A stretch of DNA of 64,000 nucleotides, taken from NCBI RefSeq assembly GCF_032191835.1, contig NC_083226.1, positions 154,690,001 through 154,754,000 of the forward strand, given 5' to 3'. The notes beneath the pieces were generated by a model. The model was not told where the DNA came from. It saw only the letters and a program-made list of their open reading frames with translations, and ran no database searches. Positions 10,253-23,511 of the stretch are shown here, one piece after another. This stretch comes from Heteronotia binoei. Lineage: Eukaryota. Both the position numbers and the translations under genes were made by a program. Within the stretch, counting starts at the first letter, position 1. Each line of letters begins with the position of its first letter.

Positions 10253-10522
10253 GATGAAGAAGATATTGGATTTATATCCCACCCTCCACTCTGAAGAGTC
10301 TCAGAGTGGCTCCCAATCTCCTTTACCTTCCTCTCCCACAACAGACACCCTGTGAGGTGGGTGGGGCTGGAGAGGGCTCTCACAGCAGCTGCCCTTTCAA
10401 GGACAACCTCTGCCAGAGCTATGGCTGACCCAAGGCCATGCTAGCAGGTGCAAGTGGAGGAGTGGGGAATCAAACCCGGTTCTCCCAGATAAGAGTCCGC
10501 ACACTTAACCACTACACCAAAA
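10253..10522 (-). mobile_element. Squam3-like SINE (full length)
   Basis: Head TTTGGTGTAGTGGTTAAG, B box GGTTTGATTCC, tail GGATATAAATCCAATATCTTCTTC; same family as 15260, 20848, 28314, 51938. Confidence 0.88.
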
Positions 10523-13500
10523 GCTACTCTGCCACCTTTTTGATATTAAGCTCATTGATATTAAGCAGTTTTGTTACCTTTTGGTTCAAGCGAAGCTCAT
10601 CTCTTTTGTATCAGTTCGGCTAGTCTCAGAAAGTTCCTGAGTGCTTAACAAATAAAAGCTCTTCCTCCAGCACCACTTTCTCATCTACACATTGAGACCC
10701 ATCATCTGTGCCTGTCTAGCTGACCCTGTGTGCGGAACCAACAGCAATTCTGAAATACTATCTTTGAGGTCTCGGTCTTTAATTTTCTGTCTAGCAATTT
10801 TCTGTCTTACCTCCTGGTTAAGTGATATCACACAGCTACCAACGTGCACTACAGCCACTGACTTCTCTCTAGCACTATTTATCTGCCTATCTAGACAGTG
10901 TATGATGTTTGCATTTCAACCTTCACACCAGGCAGCTAAGTCACCATGTGGTCAGAAAACCCATCACAACCCTCACTCTCTATATTTCTAATGATTGAAT
11001 CACCCACTATTAAAAGCCTTGTATCCTGAATACAAGAGGATATTGATCTATCGTCTGAGGAAGGGATCCCTCCTAAAGGATCATGTCCCTCCTCCTTAGC
11101 CTGGTGCTCTCTCATTTTGAGGGCCTCAGTCTCCACAACAGCAGTCAGCTCAGGAATGGGACTGCTCTAGATGTCCTTGAATGTCTTGTCTGCATACTTT
11201 CCTCTCTCTCTTGACCTCTCCAGGTTAGCAGCCCAAGGGAACAAATCTGCTCTGTAAGAGTCGAGCACACACTCACAATTTCTGTCCAGTGGGCAGATAA
11301 TCACACATGTGGCATTCCCTGCTCAACACTGGATAGCCCCAACTCCTCTGTTGGCTTTCTGTCTTCATAATCGACGTTCCACCTTCATGAAATATTGTGT
11401 TAGAAGAACTAATGTCTTGTTAGTCTGATTCTTCAAACTCACCTCAGATGATTAGTCTAGATGTGTGTTGTCTGGGAAATAGATGGATTTGTAACCATCC
11501 TACATTCATTGCTGTTATCCATGTTCTAAAGTTACAGGACACAGCCTTTATGCTATTTTTTAAGGCATCCGCAAATAACTGCACTTGCATTTTGTTTACT
11601 CAGTCAGTTCAGTGATCCTTAGATAACACTTTCAACCCTAGATTTGTTTTCACTTTTAAGAACTGAATGAGAAGTGGAAGTAAGCTGAAAATGATTCAGC
11701 AGCTCACGGTGGGTTGAGAAGCGGTTGGCTTGCCTCTCTTTCATTCCTGGATAAATAATTAATGGGAACAATAGCACAGCTGTTATCTGTAGTGGGTGGA
11801 GTTCTTTAAGCTCCTTCACACATGATGCTGAAGGGGTGTAAATATGCACTAGAGATATGCAATTTCCCAAGTTTCTGTGACTTTGTGTAAAGAAGGAATT
11901 TATGTATGTCCTCTTTATGGGTATGCATGGATTTATCGTCCCCTGTTAGTTCTAGCAGATTTTTAAGGCAATCTATTTCCTTTATTCTGCATCATACACA
12001 AAATAATTAACAATTCCTTAGTATTGACCTGCACAGCTTCTGGTTCAGCAAGGTGATTGCAGCATGTCAGAAGTCTTGCAGGTCTAAGAGAAATTGAAAT
12101 GTACTGAACCCTTAGTGGACAGAAAGTGGTTTGTGGTTCAAAAATTATGCAGACTTGTCTTTAAGAAGCATAGGAAAGCTGAATTACCTAAAATGCCAGA
12201 AAGGAGTGGCTGAAGAACTTAGAAAGCGATGCAAGGGTCTAATCAGACATTAAGCTGGGTGTTCAATGTCAAGAGTTGCCAGCATTTTTTAAAGCATCCA
12301 GCTGAGCATATAGAGGCCTGATTTGGATCAGGACCATGAAATGAGGGGATACAGTTATATGAGTGCAAACAATATAATTTTGCAGGTTAAAAATGTACAA
12401 AGTTCCATATATTTAAGTCTCTTCTCTTAGCTTCAGTCTCTTAAAGTTAAATTTCATATGATTGATGACTTGGGAAGTATTCTGCAGTTCAGATGAATAT
12501 TTTTTTTTTTGTTTTATACCAAAAAACATCCTATCATAAAGAAAAATCCAAAGGACATGATTACATACATGTGGTTGCCAAGTTGCTATCAGCATTCAAC
12601 AATTTATGAGTGAGCAAGAGAAGAGAGACCATCTCCCCTCCCATGTGGGCAATGAGAAGAATTTATCACTTTGTGCTGGCTGGGTGGGGAGAAACGCTGC
12701 TGCTTCCCAATATCCTGGGTATGTGCCCAAATAACAAGGGGAAGGGACTCAGGGGCAGCCACTGAGAATGTCCTAGTCAACTTGGTAAGGCACTGTTAAC
12801 TGAAAACGAATTCTGATAAGGCAGAGGTCATGCTCGTCAGACAAGCTCTTGACAGGGTTTTTCCTCTTATGACAGATAGAACTCAAGCTTCTTTGGATGC
12901 TCTAAAGAGTTTGGAGATTTTGCTGGACTCGCTTTTATTGTTAGCAAAGCAGGGGTCTGCACCAGCTATCTGAATTTTTCCTACTGCATTTAGCTCATAA
13001 GCTTTCCCCTTATTTTGAAACTGATCTGGCCACACTGATTCACGATACACCGATAACCTTGAGGCTTGAGTGTTGCAATATGTGTTGTGTAGTGCTACCC
13101 TTGAAGACTAGCTAAATAAATAATCATTTATAATATTTTAATGTCTATGATGTATTCTATTTTATTGTTCATCACCCAGAGCCCTGTGTAGTCAGGGATT
13201 GGACGATCCATATATCCAAATAATAAATAAAAATTACAGTTGGTACAGAATGTGGAAATGCATTTGTTAGCAGAGCCAGTTTCAGGGAGCACATTACTCC
13301 AGTTTTACAATCATGGCACTAGCTGCCCTTTTTAAAAAATCCAGTTTCAAGGTGTTGGTGCTTACCTGTAAAGTTCTTCACAGTCTGTCTTCTACTTGAA
13401 GGATTGTCTATTCCAGTCTTAGTCCATGCAGCAGTTTAAATCAGCACAGCAACATTGGTCATACCAACCCCTTGAGGGTGCCATTTGTTTCTATCCTTGG

Positions 13501-14824
13501 TTGGTTGCTGCCATCGTCTTTATCACAGTTTTCAAGGTCTGCAAGACTGAATTTCTTAGAGTTTTTGGAAGCCTTTGAGAACTTTGGTCATTTGTTATAT
13601 TTCTGCAGCAGCTGTCAAATAATATTGTTTGTTATGTTTTGTTGACTCTTTTTAATAGTCTCTCGATTTGCTTAAATTGTATTTTTTAATAGCTTCAGTG
13701 GTTGTACCTTTGTTACCTGTCTGGAGTCCCAGATGCCTGGGAGAAAAACAGATATATAAATATTTTATTTAAAAAATAAATATGATGATAGTGATGAATT
13801 TCAGAACATACCTGTTTCATTCCCGTGATTATGGTATGTGAATGATTACGTGAAGTGACTGGTATCTGACAGAAGTTTCAAAAGTTAATGTCATAGTATT
13901 ATCTGTTTTTAGTATTGTTCATCTTAATCTTTTACTTGGTATTTCATTGCTTCTCGGGTCCTCTAATGAAAGATTTACCATCAAGATTAATGAAAGATTT
14001 ATCATATTTCATAACTTGGAAAACTTCCTCTTTTCCAGCCCGTCCTTGGTGTGTGTTTTTGATGGGTCCTAGCTTTATGTACTACATTATGCAATGTTTC
14101 TATAACAAGCACTTCTCTGGAGGGCAAGGAACACAAGTCCTTAAACTTTTGTATCATGTCTGCATTCTGCAGTTCTTCAAAAGCAAAAGACAGTATATAA
14201 GGAGTTAGCCTGTTGTTATACTTGTAACAGCTTTTTGCCACTGATTAGGCTGAGGGAGTGAATAACCTAACCTAACGGTAGTGAATGACCTTTATAAATG
14301 TGCAGGAATTTGAACCCAAGGCATTCAGGTTTAATGTTGTATACTACACCATGCTGCTTTCACTTCAGTAAAAGTCCTGAATGGAAGCTGTTCAGCAGAA
14401 GATGAATGATAAATTTCTACTATTGTTCTAAACAAAGAATTATAATTTTTATCCTGTTTTCGAAAATCAAAGCTACCAGGTACTTTCAGATTGTGAGTAC
14501 ACAGCTCTAAGTTTTTAAGTTCTCAGTTGACTGCTGCCCATGCAAAATACTTAGTTTTCTTCCATTTCATTGGCAGTATTTACCATTTGAGGAATATTTG
14601 TCTTTTTAAAAGTCAGATGTTGGCAGTTTTTAAAAAATGCAGACTACATTAATTTTGATGTCTGAGACATAGTAATCTCAGAATGTTTAAACTGCTACTC
14701 CTCAGACACGTATCTGCGGGCCAAATCCAGCTGATAATGTATATTAGTTACGTTTTTTTGTTTTAAGCAGTTCAGAAACTTGCGCCTTACATTTCTGAAC
14801 ACTTATGTAGGTAAAGCTGCCTAC

Positions 14825-15012
14825 AACTACCAGTTGCAGTTTACTTACAATGACCCTGCAGGGCTTTCAGGGCCAGAGACGTTCAGAGGTGGTTTGCCAT
14901 TGCTTGCCTCTGTGTTGTGACCCTGGACTTCCTTGGTAGTCTCCCATCCAAATACTAATCAGTGCAAACCCTGCTTAGTTTCCAAGATCAGGCTAGCCTG
15001 GGCCATCCAGGT
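14825..15012 (-). mobile_element. 5S rRNA-derived SINE with RTE-like tail
   Basis: Minus strand TGATCTTGGAAACTAAGCAGGG...TTAGTATTTGGATGGGAGAC aligns with the 5S internal control region, followed by GCAATGGCAAACCACCTCTGAACG. Confidence 0.8.
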
Positions 15013-15102
15013 CTGGGATCATCTACCAGTACAACACCAAGTTTTCTGACATGGTTGATTAGGGGATTCATGGGACTCTTCCAAGATTACAGTTCATTTA
15101 GT

Positions 15103-15251
15103 TAGGCCTTGAATTCAGCAGGAGCTGAACCTTTTTGAGGGTTCCCCCTCCTCCTCCCCACTTACATACCTTGTCCATTGAATAGTAGATGCAGCTGCAT
15201 AGCAGTCCCTGGATGAGCTCCACCACCTATTTTTCTACAAAATGACCCCTG
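15103..15251 (-). mobile_element. hAT MITE
   Basis: Perfect 8-bp TSD CATTTAGT; reverse copy of the 18805 family (TTCTACAAAATGACCCCTG end). Confidence 0.85.
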
Positions 15252-15259
15252 CATTTAGT

Positions 15260-15543
15260 GAAGAAGAAGATATTGGATTTACCGTATATCCTGCCCAATA
15301 CTCTGAATCTCAGAGCAGTCACAATCTCCTTTACCTCTCTCTCCCCTCCCCCCCACAACAGACACCCTGTGAGGTAGGTGGGGCTGAGAGAGCTCTTACA
15401 GCAGCTGTCCTTTCAAGGACAACTCCTACGAGAGCTATGGCTGACCCAAGGCCATTCCAGCAGCTGCAAGTGGAAGAGTGGAGAATCAAACCCAGTTCTC
15501 CCAGATAGGAGCCTTCAGACTTAACCACTACACCAAACTGGCT
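15260..15543 (-). mobile_element. Squam3-like SINE (full length)
   Basis: Same family as 10253; abuts the MITE TSD. Confidence 0.88.
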
Positions 15544-15984
15544 TTCATAGGAGATTCCCAGGGATTCTGTTCCATGTTAATTACTGGAAGAGTTGTTGCT
15601 ATTTGAGTTTGTTGCTGCTCGCACTGAAATGTCCTGGGAGAGTGCTTTCTGAGTGCTGCCTAGTAGTGAGGCCAGAAGCAGTGTCCAGCAGAACTTCTTA
15701 GAGTTTCTGACATATATGCATATTGAAGGAGGCCCTGGGCATGTGCTTGTGCTATCTCCCTCTCAAAAACACACATATATACAAACTTTGCATTTTTTTT
15801 TACTGTACAGTTAAAATTTGCTATTTAGTATTAGTTTATTATCCTTTGGGTCTGGTATTTAAGAAAATTAGCAACCTCTGCACTATCATTAAATAGGTAG
15901 AATTAATTTTGTATCTGAAAAACCAGTGGTTTGATAAGTGATAAATTATATTATCCCCAACCAAAACATGTGTTTTCCCTTTGC

Positions 15985-16285
15985 CTCTGTGTGTTAAGTA
16001 CTGTCAAATCACTGCTGACCTATGGCAACCGTATGAATTAATGACTGCCAAAACATCCTATTGTTAACAGCCTTGCTCAGGTTTTGCAAACTGAGGGTCT
16101 TGGCTTTGTTTATCGAGTCAACTCACCTCATGTTGGGTCTTTCTGTTTTTCTGATGCCTTCGACTTTTCCTAGCATTACTGTCTTTCCCATGAGTCTTGT
16201 CTTCTCATAATGTCTTCTCAAAGTACAATGGGCTTAGTTTTGTTGTTTTAGCTTTTAGGGAGAGTTCAGACTTGATTCCTCTGCC
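15985..16285 (-). mobile_element. RTE/Bov-B-like LINE 3' fragment
   Basis: GATGCCTTCGACTTTTCCTAGCATTACTGTCTTTCCCATGAGTC-type sequence resembles RTE 3' ends; degraded. Confidence 0.6.
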
Positions 16286-17552
16286 TACTACTTTTCTAAA
16301 CCAAAAGAGTAGAAAAAATTACTTAGAATCCTATACAGGCAAATCAGGATTACTTAAACTGCTTCAAAATACAGATGTTTTTTCTGTTTACATATCCAGG
16401 AACTGTTGCTCTGTTCATGGAAAGAAAAGGCCTTGCCATATCCTTTCATCTTTTCCATCTTGTTCAGGAATTGATACTGGATTGATGATCAGGTGGATTT
16501 AGTTTTGGTATTTATGCCTTCAAGGAAAACAGCAGTTGGGAAAAATGTCATGTATTTGCTGTTACTGTTGCTATGCTTTCTTAATTTAGACTCAGGTTTT
16601 TGGCTTTATTGTAGACCATAAATACCTGTGAAAGTTTTGTTCAGTGTGTCTACCACTACTTAGCTAAATGAGGCAGTTATTGTTTGGGTTTTCTATTCTA
16701 CAGCTGTAGCATGTTCTGTGAAGATACTATCTCAAGAAGCAGTCTGCCTGCAGTAGTCAGATGTCTCTGGAAGAGATCAAATGTTTCTTTTCTAGCTTTG
16801 CTCATCACAAATCTTTTATGCTACCCAGTGACAGATGGTTGTAATTTGTAATTTCAAAAAGTAACTTTTCTCATTGAATCTAGAAAAAGGTTGTGGGCAG
16901 AATGCTTGGCAGTTGTCTCAAAGGTGAAGTACAATGCAACATATATCTTATGTAAGATGCAATGTTACTCTAATGGTGGCATTGTAAATATGAAATATTC
17001 AGTACTTAGAGGGTGTTATCAAGGGTGTTATACATCAGGACTCAGACTGTATTTTAGATTTCACTAGGCTTGATCAAATATTGAGGTGTCAGACTTCCAT
17101 ATTTCTGACCATTTCTGCTTTCTGGGCACCTTTATGAGCAAGCATTTGGGTTATTCCGGGGCTTGTTGCACTGCAAGAAGATTGATGGTATGGGAATGTT
17201 GTTGTAATGGTAGAAAGTCAAATATTAGTTTCGAAGATATTTTATAGTCTTCTCTAAATGTCAAATGTTTGAGTGCTCTGCCAAAGCATTGCCTGATGTA
17301 TGCCAGCTAAAATGAAAGTCTGCCTTAAAATTAACAGGCTATGAGATGCACAATTGTAGGCCTTAAGACTTTATAGAAATCAGATGGAATGACAGTATAC
17401 ATGCCCAGTCAACTTTAAAAGATTCTTATATGCAGTTAATACAGTGTAGCCATAGATGCCCTTTTAGTTTTGTAAATTATAGAATTCTGCAATGTCATGT
17501 TCTATATGTTCTTTTTTAATAATGCATCTTGTGTTTTGTGCTAATAAAAGTT

Positions 17553-17860
17553 AACATAAGAACATAAGAGAAGCCATGTTAGATCAGGCCAATGGCCCAT
17601 CCAGTCCAACACTNNNNNNNNNNNNNNNNNNNNNNNNNNNNNNNNNNNNNNNNNNNNNNNNNNNNNNNNNNNNNNNNNNNNNNNNNNNNNNNNNNNNNNN
17701 NNNNNNNNNNNNNNNNNNNNNNNNNNNNNNNNNNNNNNNNNNNNNNNNNNNNNNNNNNNNNNNNNNNNNNNNNNNACTGACCTCTTCACCCTTTGGGTGA
17801 AGAAGTACTTCCTTTTATCCATTTTAACCTGTCTGCTCAGCAATTTCATCGAATGCCCAA
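17553..17860 (-). mobile_element. CR1 3' fragment spanning an assembly gap
   Basis: AACATAAGAACATAAGAGAAGCC tail left of the gap, CR1 RT C-terminal sequence right of it. Confidence 0.85.
17614..17775. other. Assembly gap (162 N)
   Basis: Run of N. Confidence 1.
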
Positions 17861-17995
17861 GTTATAAGGAAGTTACTCTGTATGTGTAATGTGCATGTTT
17901 TGTATACTAACTTTTATGCTAGTTCTGTTAGAAACATTTTTATCCCTCTTTTTTCCCTGAGTGGATCCCATATGGTGGCTTACAATAGTTTCCAT

Positions 17996-18220
17996 ATGAA
18001 GAACATATGAACGTATGAAGCTGCCTTATACTGAATCAGACTCTCAGTCCATCAAAGTCAGTATTGTCTACTCAGACTGGCAGCGGCTCTCCAGGGTCTC
18101 AAGCTGAGGTTTTTCACACCTATTTGCCTGGACCCTTTTTTAGTGGAGATACCAGGGATTGAACCTGGGACCTTCTGCTTCCCAAGCAGATGCTCTGCCA
18201 CTGAGTCACCGTCCCTCCCT
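17996..18220 (-). mobile_element. tRNA-derived SINE with CR1-like tail (full length)
   Basis: Minus strand GACTCAGTGGCAGAGC (A box), GGTTCAATCC (B box), ATACGTTCATATGTTC tail. Confidence 0.85.
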
Positions 18221-18428
18221 TCCAGTTTCAATGTATCTAAAACAACCTTTAAAAACATTTCACATCCAACCAGTAAAACACTCATACCAGATACTATCCA
18301 AAGATTTAAATGTAACAGGAGGATCATATGGGAGAAGATAAACCCCACTATCCAGGTTAGTACCATCTGGTGGCAGCCTTCTGGGGTCTTAGGTAGAAGT
18401 CTTTCAAATGACAATGCAAATTTGAGAT

Positions 18429-18640
18429 CCAGTTTGGTGTAGTAGTTAGGAGCATGGACGCTGATCTGGGAGAACCTGATTTGATTCCCCACTCCTCTAC
18501 ATGCACCTGCTGAGTGACTTTTAGTCAGTCACAATTCTGGTAAGAGCTGTCTCAGCCTCACCTGCTGTTAGAAGAGGAAAGGAAAGGAGATTGTAAGCCA
18601 CTCTGAGTGAAAGGTGGGGTATAAATCCAATCTCTTCTTC
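18429..18640 (+). mobile_element. Squam3-like SINE (internally deleted)
   Basis: CCAGTTTGGTGTAGTAGTT head; GGGGTATAAATCCAATCTCTTCTTC tail. Confidence 0.82.
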
Positions 18641-18804
18641 CCCTATTACCTGATCCTTTTAACTGGAGGTCCTGGAGTTTGAGCTTGATACCTTGTGCAT
18701 GCAGAGTGGATGCACTCCCTTCCCTGAGATGTTTTCTAAGTATCCTGGCTGCTTAATCACCAGACTGATTAGGAATAGTTTAACAAATGCATAATAGTTA
18801 TAGC

Positions 18805-18971
18805 CAGGGGTCGTTTTGTAGAAAAATAGGTGGGGGAGCTCATCCGGGGATTGTTATGCAGCTGCACATATTATTTAATGGACAAGGAGGTGGAACTCTC
18901 AGGAGGAGGAAGAACTCTCAGAAAGGTTCAGGAGCTGTGCTCCTGTGAGCTCCCACTGAATCTGAAACCTG
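18805..18971 (+). mobile_element. hAT MITE
   Basis: CAGGGGTCGTTTTGTAGAAAA ... CCTG; perfect TSD GTTATAGC. Confidence 0.88.
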
Positions 18972-19074
18972 GTTATAGCCCACATTCTGGTCATGGTAGG
19001 TATCAAAATGTCTTCCAGTTTGTTATTTTTTTAAAAAAAATACCATTATTAAGACAAATAGGAATGAATCTGCA

Positions 19075-19165
19075 GTGTATATGTGTGTGTATATGTGTAT
19101 ATATGTATATATTCGCAAGTGTGTGTGTGTATATATGTGTGTGTGTGTGTATTATACACACATGA
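19075..19165. repeat. (TG/TA)n compound microsatellite
   Basis: Visible in sequence. Confidence 0.9.
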
Positions 19166-19564
19166 ACACACATAGACCTGTGGAAAAATGAGTATAAATA
19201 TGAAGGGCAGCAATAAGAACCAGCAAGGGAAAAAAATGAGGGACAGAAATGAACAGGTACAAGCACTCAAAATGAGAACAGAGAAAGAGAACTCACAACA
19301 GAATAACTCACTGAAGTCTTGAATTAAAATGTTTTGATTTGGCCCTTAAAAGCCCAGCGTTGGTGTTAAGTGCTTGGTTGTTGGATGGTATTCCAGAGAA
19401 GAGATACCACAATAGGAAAAGAATATTGCACTAGCTTTATATTTCAACTAAAACACACACAGCAAAGTATCTGTAGATCATTATAATGGATTAGGAGGTT
19501 TAGTAAACTAGGTGTGCATGGAGAAGGATCACCTACGGCTCTTTTGGTTTCTAGTGTTTTAGAG

Positions 19565-20723
19565 CAGGGGTGTCAAATGTCTGGCCTGCGGGCCAGAACC
19601 AGCCCACCCAGGCCTTTAATCAGGCATGTAGGGTTCTTTTCTTTCCCCTCCTCCCCCTCCTGTCCTCACCTTTTGATGCTCCAAAGCTGACAAAGTTCCC
19701 TGCTGTTTTTGCCTTGTCTTTGCCAGCTGCAACAGGAAGGAAAGCTGCCAGCTGCAGCAGGAAGGAAAGCTGCAAGGAAAACATGGAATGGATTTCCCAG
19801 ATAGGGCCCAGAGACTTTAATGGAAAATCCATTCCATGTTTTCCTTGCTACTTTGTCCTGTAGTATGTTTCAATGGAGTGGAGATAAGTTTCACTTTCAG
19901 CGTCCCTATATAGACAGCTGTAGCTCACGCTTCCTGGTGTTGTGTCTTTTCAGATAAAAGGTTGAAGCTTTGAGCCAGCTTGTCTCTGCTGAATATTATT
20001 TATTTATTTTATTTTTAAAACTGCATTATCAAATCCCACTATTTCCCCACCTTTTGTCAAGCATCAGTATTTCTCAATAACCAGTCTTTTGTTGTTGAAT
20101 CAAAAGTTGCTTTATTGTAGAAACTCAGAAGCTTTACCAAGGACAGAATCCTTGGAAGTAATGAGGTATACATGGTTACATAGTTACTATATAGGATTAC
20201 TTCAAAGGATAGTATACAGATGCAATTTGAGTCACAGGATCAAAGGTTGCTACATAGTATCTTTTATTACTAAGGAATTTAGGCTATTAAAAACATCTCC
20301 CTTTCTCACACTTCTCCGAGACCTGATAAGAACTGTCTGTGTGAATCTGGGGGAGAGGCACCTCACAGCTTTACCAGCCAGGCTGTAGCGTAAACATCCT
20401 TGGGCTAGATAGATTTACTGCTTGCCCAAACTTTGTAAAGAGGAGGAGGGCGGTGGATACTAGTAGCCTGCTCTCTGTCTAAGAAACCATCATGGCACTT
20501 AGAAATACGCATGCTTGACACCTTTCCAATTTAAACAAAATATTGCAAGAGTTTTAAGCATGCCTACATTTTAAGTTTAAAAATATCTTTGTTTGTCTGT
20601 GTCCTTTATAAAGTTTATATCTCTGCTACCTCACATTACATTTTATGACAGGCATGGCCCAGCCTCACAGAGTCCCATTTGTGCCAGATCTGGCCCTCCT
20701 AACAAATGAGTTCAACACTCCTG
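19565..20723 (+). mobile_element. hAT non-autonomous element (about 1.16 kb)
   Basis: TIR CAGGGGTGTCAAAT / GTTCAACACTCCTG; TSD TTTTAGAG / TTCTAGAG. Confidence 0.8.
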
Positions 20724-20847
20724 TTCTAGAGGAAATGCAGGAATAAAGTCCATGTGAAATATTGTAGCTGTGGATTTGCAACACTGTCAGATCCAGTAGC
20801 ATGCCTGTAACTGCAACTACACAGGGCATGTGCCTGCCCTCCTTCCA

Positions 20848-21130
20848 GAGAGCCAGTTTGGTGTAGTGGTCGCAGACTGTTATCTAGGAAAACCGGGTTT
20901 GATTCCCAGCTTCTCTACTTGCAGCTGCTGCTCCACTTGCAGCTTGGGCCAGCCATAGCTCTTGCAGAGCTGTCCTTGAAAGGGCAGCTTCTGGGACAGC
21001 TCTCTCAGCCCCACCTACCTCACAGGGTGTCTGTTGTGGGTGGGGGGAGGTAAAGGAGATTGTAAGTTGCTCTGAGATTCAGAGTGTAGGGTGGGGTATA
21101 AATCCAATATCATCGTCCTCCTCCTCCTTC
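20848..21130 (+). mobile_element. Squam3-like SINE
   Basis: GAGAGCCAGTTTGGTGTAGTGG head; family body and tail. Confidence 0.85.
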
Positions 21131-22521
21131 AATTAAACAGTTCTTGTCTTGATTGACTGGCTAGCTGCAAGATGGCTTGAGCTCAGTCAGTTTTTTTGGA
21201 GGATATTTGCTGTCTAATTTCCATTACAAACCACTTGTATGTTCATATATTTACAAGTAGAGAACCTGGAGAGATTTGCAGAGGGCATCACATTTCTCCT
21301 CCCCCGCTATGTCCTCTTTCCCTTCTCTGAAAGTCCCTGTAGCTTCTCCCCTTTTTCTTCTTTTGCTTTCTCCTTCCCAACCACCAGGCATCCTACTTTT
21401 ATCTGTGCCCATCTTCAACTTTCCCTACTTTCTACCCCCCATCCTCTTTGGCTGCTTCTCTCTGTGAAAGCTGTTCCATCCTGGCTGCCAGGCCAGGCAC
21501 AGTGGGGACCCCGCAAGGACTTGAGTGAGCACTCGACTTCTCCCCTTCCCACACTAATTTCTCTTTTCTTTCTCCTGGCAACCACCATGTCCTCATCTTC
21601 CCATGCTTTCTTTTCTCCTTCCTAACCATCCACCAATCTTTTTCTGTCTCCCATCTTCAGCTGTATTTATTTATTTACTTTCTTTTTATCCCACCTTTCT
21701 GCACAGTGGGGACCCAGAGTAGATCACAGCATTGTCTCCCCCCATTTATCGTCAGACAACCCTGTAAGGTAGGTTAGATTGAGAATGTGTCAGTGACTGA
21801 CTTTTCATAAGATCCACAACCAATAGCCAGTAACTTTTTGCCCGTTTAGACATCCACCACATATGTAAATAATCTGTATTAGGTAATTTGCAATACTGAT
21901 ATATTGTGTGATTTTTGAAAAATAAATTGTCGCTATTATATGTGGTATCGAATGCCATTGCTGTATATCCTGTAATTTGTAAGCAGCATCAACTACAGAC
22001 TGCAGAGGATCCTGAAATGCACACTGAGATCATTAGAAGGAGCCGCCATCTACTATACGACTATGGAACCATCTAAACTGGCAGAACCAGCGCCAAACAA
22101 GTTTACTGCTGCCAGATTTATTCTATGTAATGAATCATGTATTTTAAATATTTTAACTTAATTAACTGGTTTTTATGTTTAATTTCTTTAATTGTTAAAT
22201 TTTAAAGTTTTATCCTTTGTTAAATATGTGAAATGTTGTTAGCCGCCCTGAGCCGCCTAGGCGGGGAGGGCGGGATATAAATGTAAATATAAATAAATAA
22301 ATAAAATAAAATAAGAAGAACTTTTCCAGTATTACATATTTTTAGATAATATCCATATTTTCCAAATTTTATCCATAAGCACAAGATCTAGAAATCCATT
22401 CTTTTTTTTAAAAAGCAACAGCTTAAAACATGTCATCAGCTTAACTGTCTGTCTACTTTTATCTACTCAAGAAGGAAACTGCAGGTAGTTACATGTTAAC
22501 TTTATGCTGGATGCTAAGCAA

Positions 22522-22744
22522 TAGGATAGCCAACCTCCAGGTGGGGCCTGAGGATCTCACAGAATTAAAGCAGATCTCCAGACTACAGGATCACAGAATT
22601 CCAGTGGATCTCCAGACTACAGGATATGGAGAAAATGGCAGCTTTGGAGGGTGGACTGTGTGGTATTATGTCTTCACACCAAACCTTACCCAGGCTTTGA
22701 CCTCAAGTTACCAGACATTTCCCAACCTGGAGATGGCAACCGTA
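22522..22744. mobile_element. MITE with TAGG(G/A)T(T/A)GCCAACCTCCAGG-type TIRs
   Basis: TAGGATAGCCAACCTCCAGG ... CCTGGAGATGGCAACCGTA inverted ends; TSD not clear. Confidence 0.7.
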
Positions 22745-23511
22745 CTGGAAGCATCTGTGGGATGATCCATATATTCAAGACTAGACTTGAGCACCAGCAG
22801 AACATAAGAGAAGCCATGTTGGATCAGGCAGCAACTCCCTCTGGAAACCATTAGTTCTGCCAGTATCATCTGTACTAGAGTCCCCAATATGGTGCTCTCT
22901 AGCACCTTTCCTGGCACCTGCAAAGCATTTTTAGAAAGTGGGCTGGATCAGGTGGGGCTTTTGCCCCATAGGACTTCTGAATGGCAGTTGGAGATCTGAT
23001 TGGCTGAGCAGACTTGCTTTTAGAAACTGCTTTTGGTAACAGCTTCTATCACAGCACAAGGAATCTTCACTGCATGGAGCTGGGTATATGTAAGCAAATA
23101 TTTTTAAACAATATATTCATTATAAAAGGCATCCTATTAATTAGAGCTTCAGCTTGATATGTCAAAGAGTTGCCAAGGCAGTATATCTAAATGGAGCACA
23201 AAGAGATATATCCATAGAGATGTTTATTATGTTATCTCAAGTGAAATAAAAAGGGTTTATTGGGGAAAAAAGAGGATGTGCAGTTTTAAGGCATGGACAA
23301 GAATGTAGTGAGTTGCATTGTACAGGTAGATGCCATTATTCCAGGGAGATTTGCAAACATAGGTGTGTTAATGACCATTGGTCCTGGTTCAACACAAAGT
23401 AAAACTAGAAATGTAGTCCTTTCCCAGCATCCTTTAAAACTGTATTTCATCATCAAACATACACCTTCTTTTGCTGGTTAGGGGCTCAGAGATAGAAGGT
23501 TCACTCCTGGA

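Larger units (their letters stand above)
6450..11400 (-). mobile_element. Near full-length degraded CR1 LINE with nested insertions
   Basis: Minus-strand remnants in the expected order: ORF1 Cys/His N-terminus (about 11350-11200), ORF1 esterase LLIVGDSIIRNIE (about 11000), ORF2 start FSCLYVNARS (about 10020), ORF2 linker (8640-9240), QHGFC (about 7810), RT QGSVLGPILFN and KFANDSKL (about 7170-7080), 3' UTR to about 6450. Confidence 0.85.

Noticed and set aside
14938-15011. Functional 5S rRNA gene
   Set aside because: Partial, diverged and fused to a retroposon tail.
18150-18220. tRNA gene
   Set aside because: SINE head; the same body recurs at 3341 and 61045 and no complete cloverleaf is evident.
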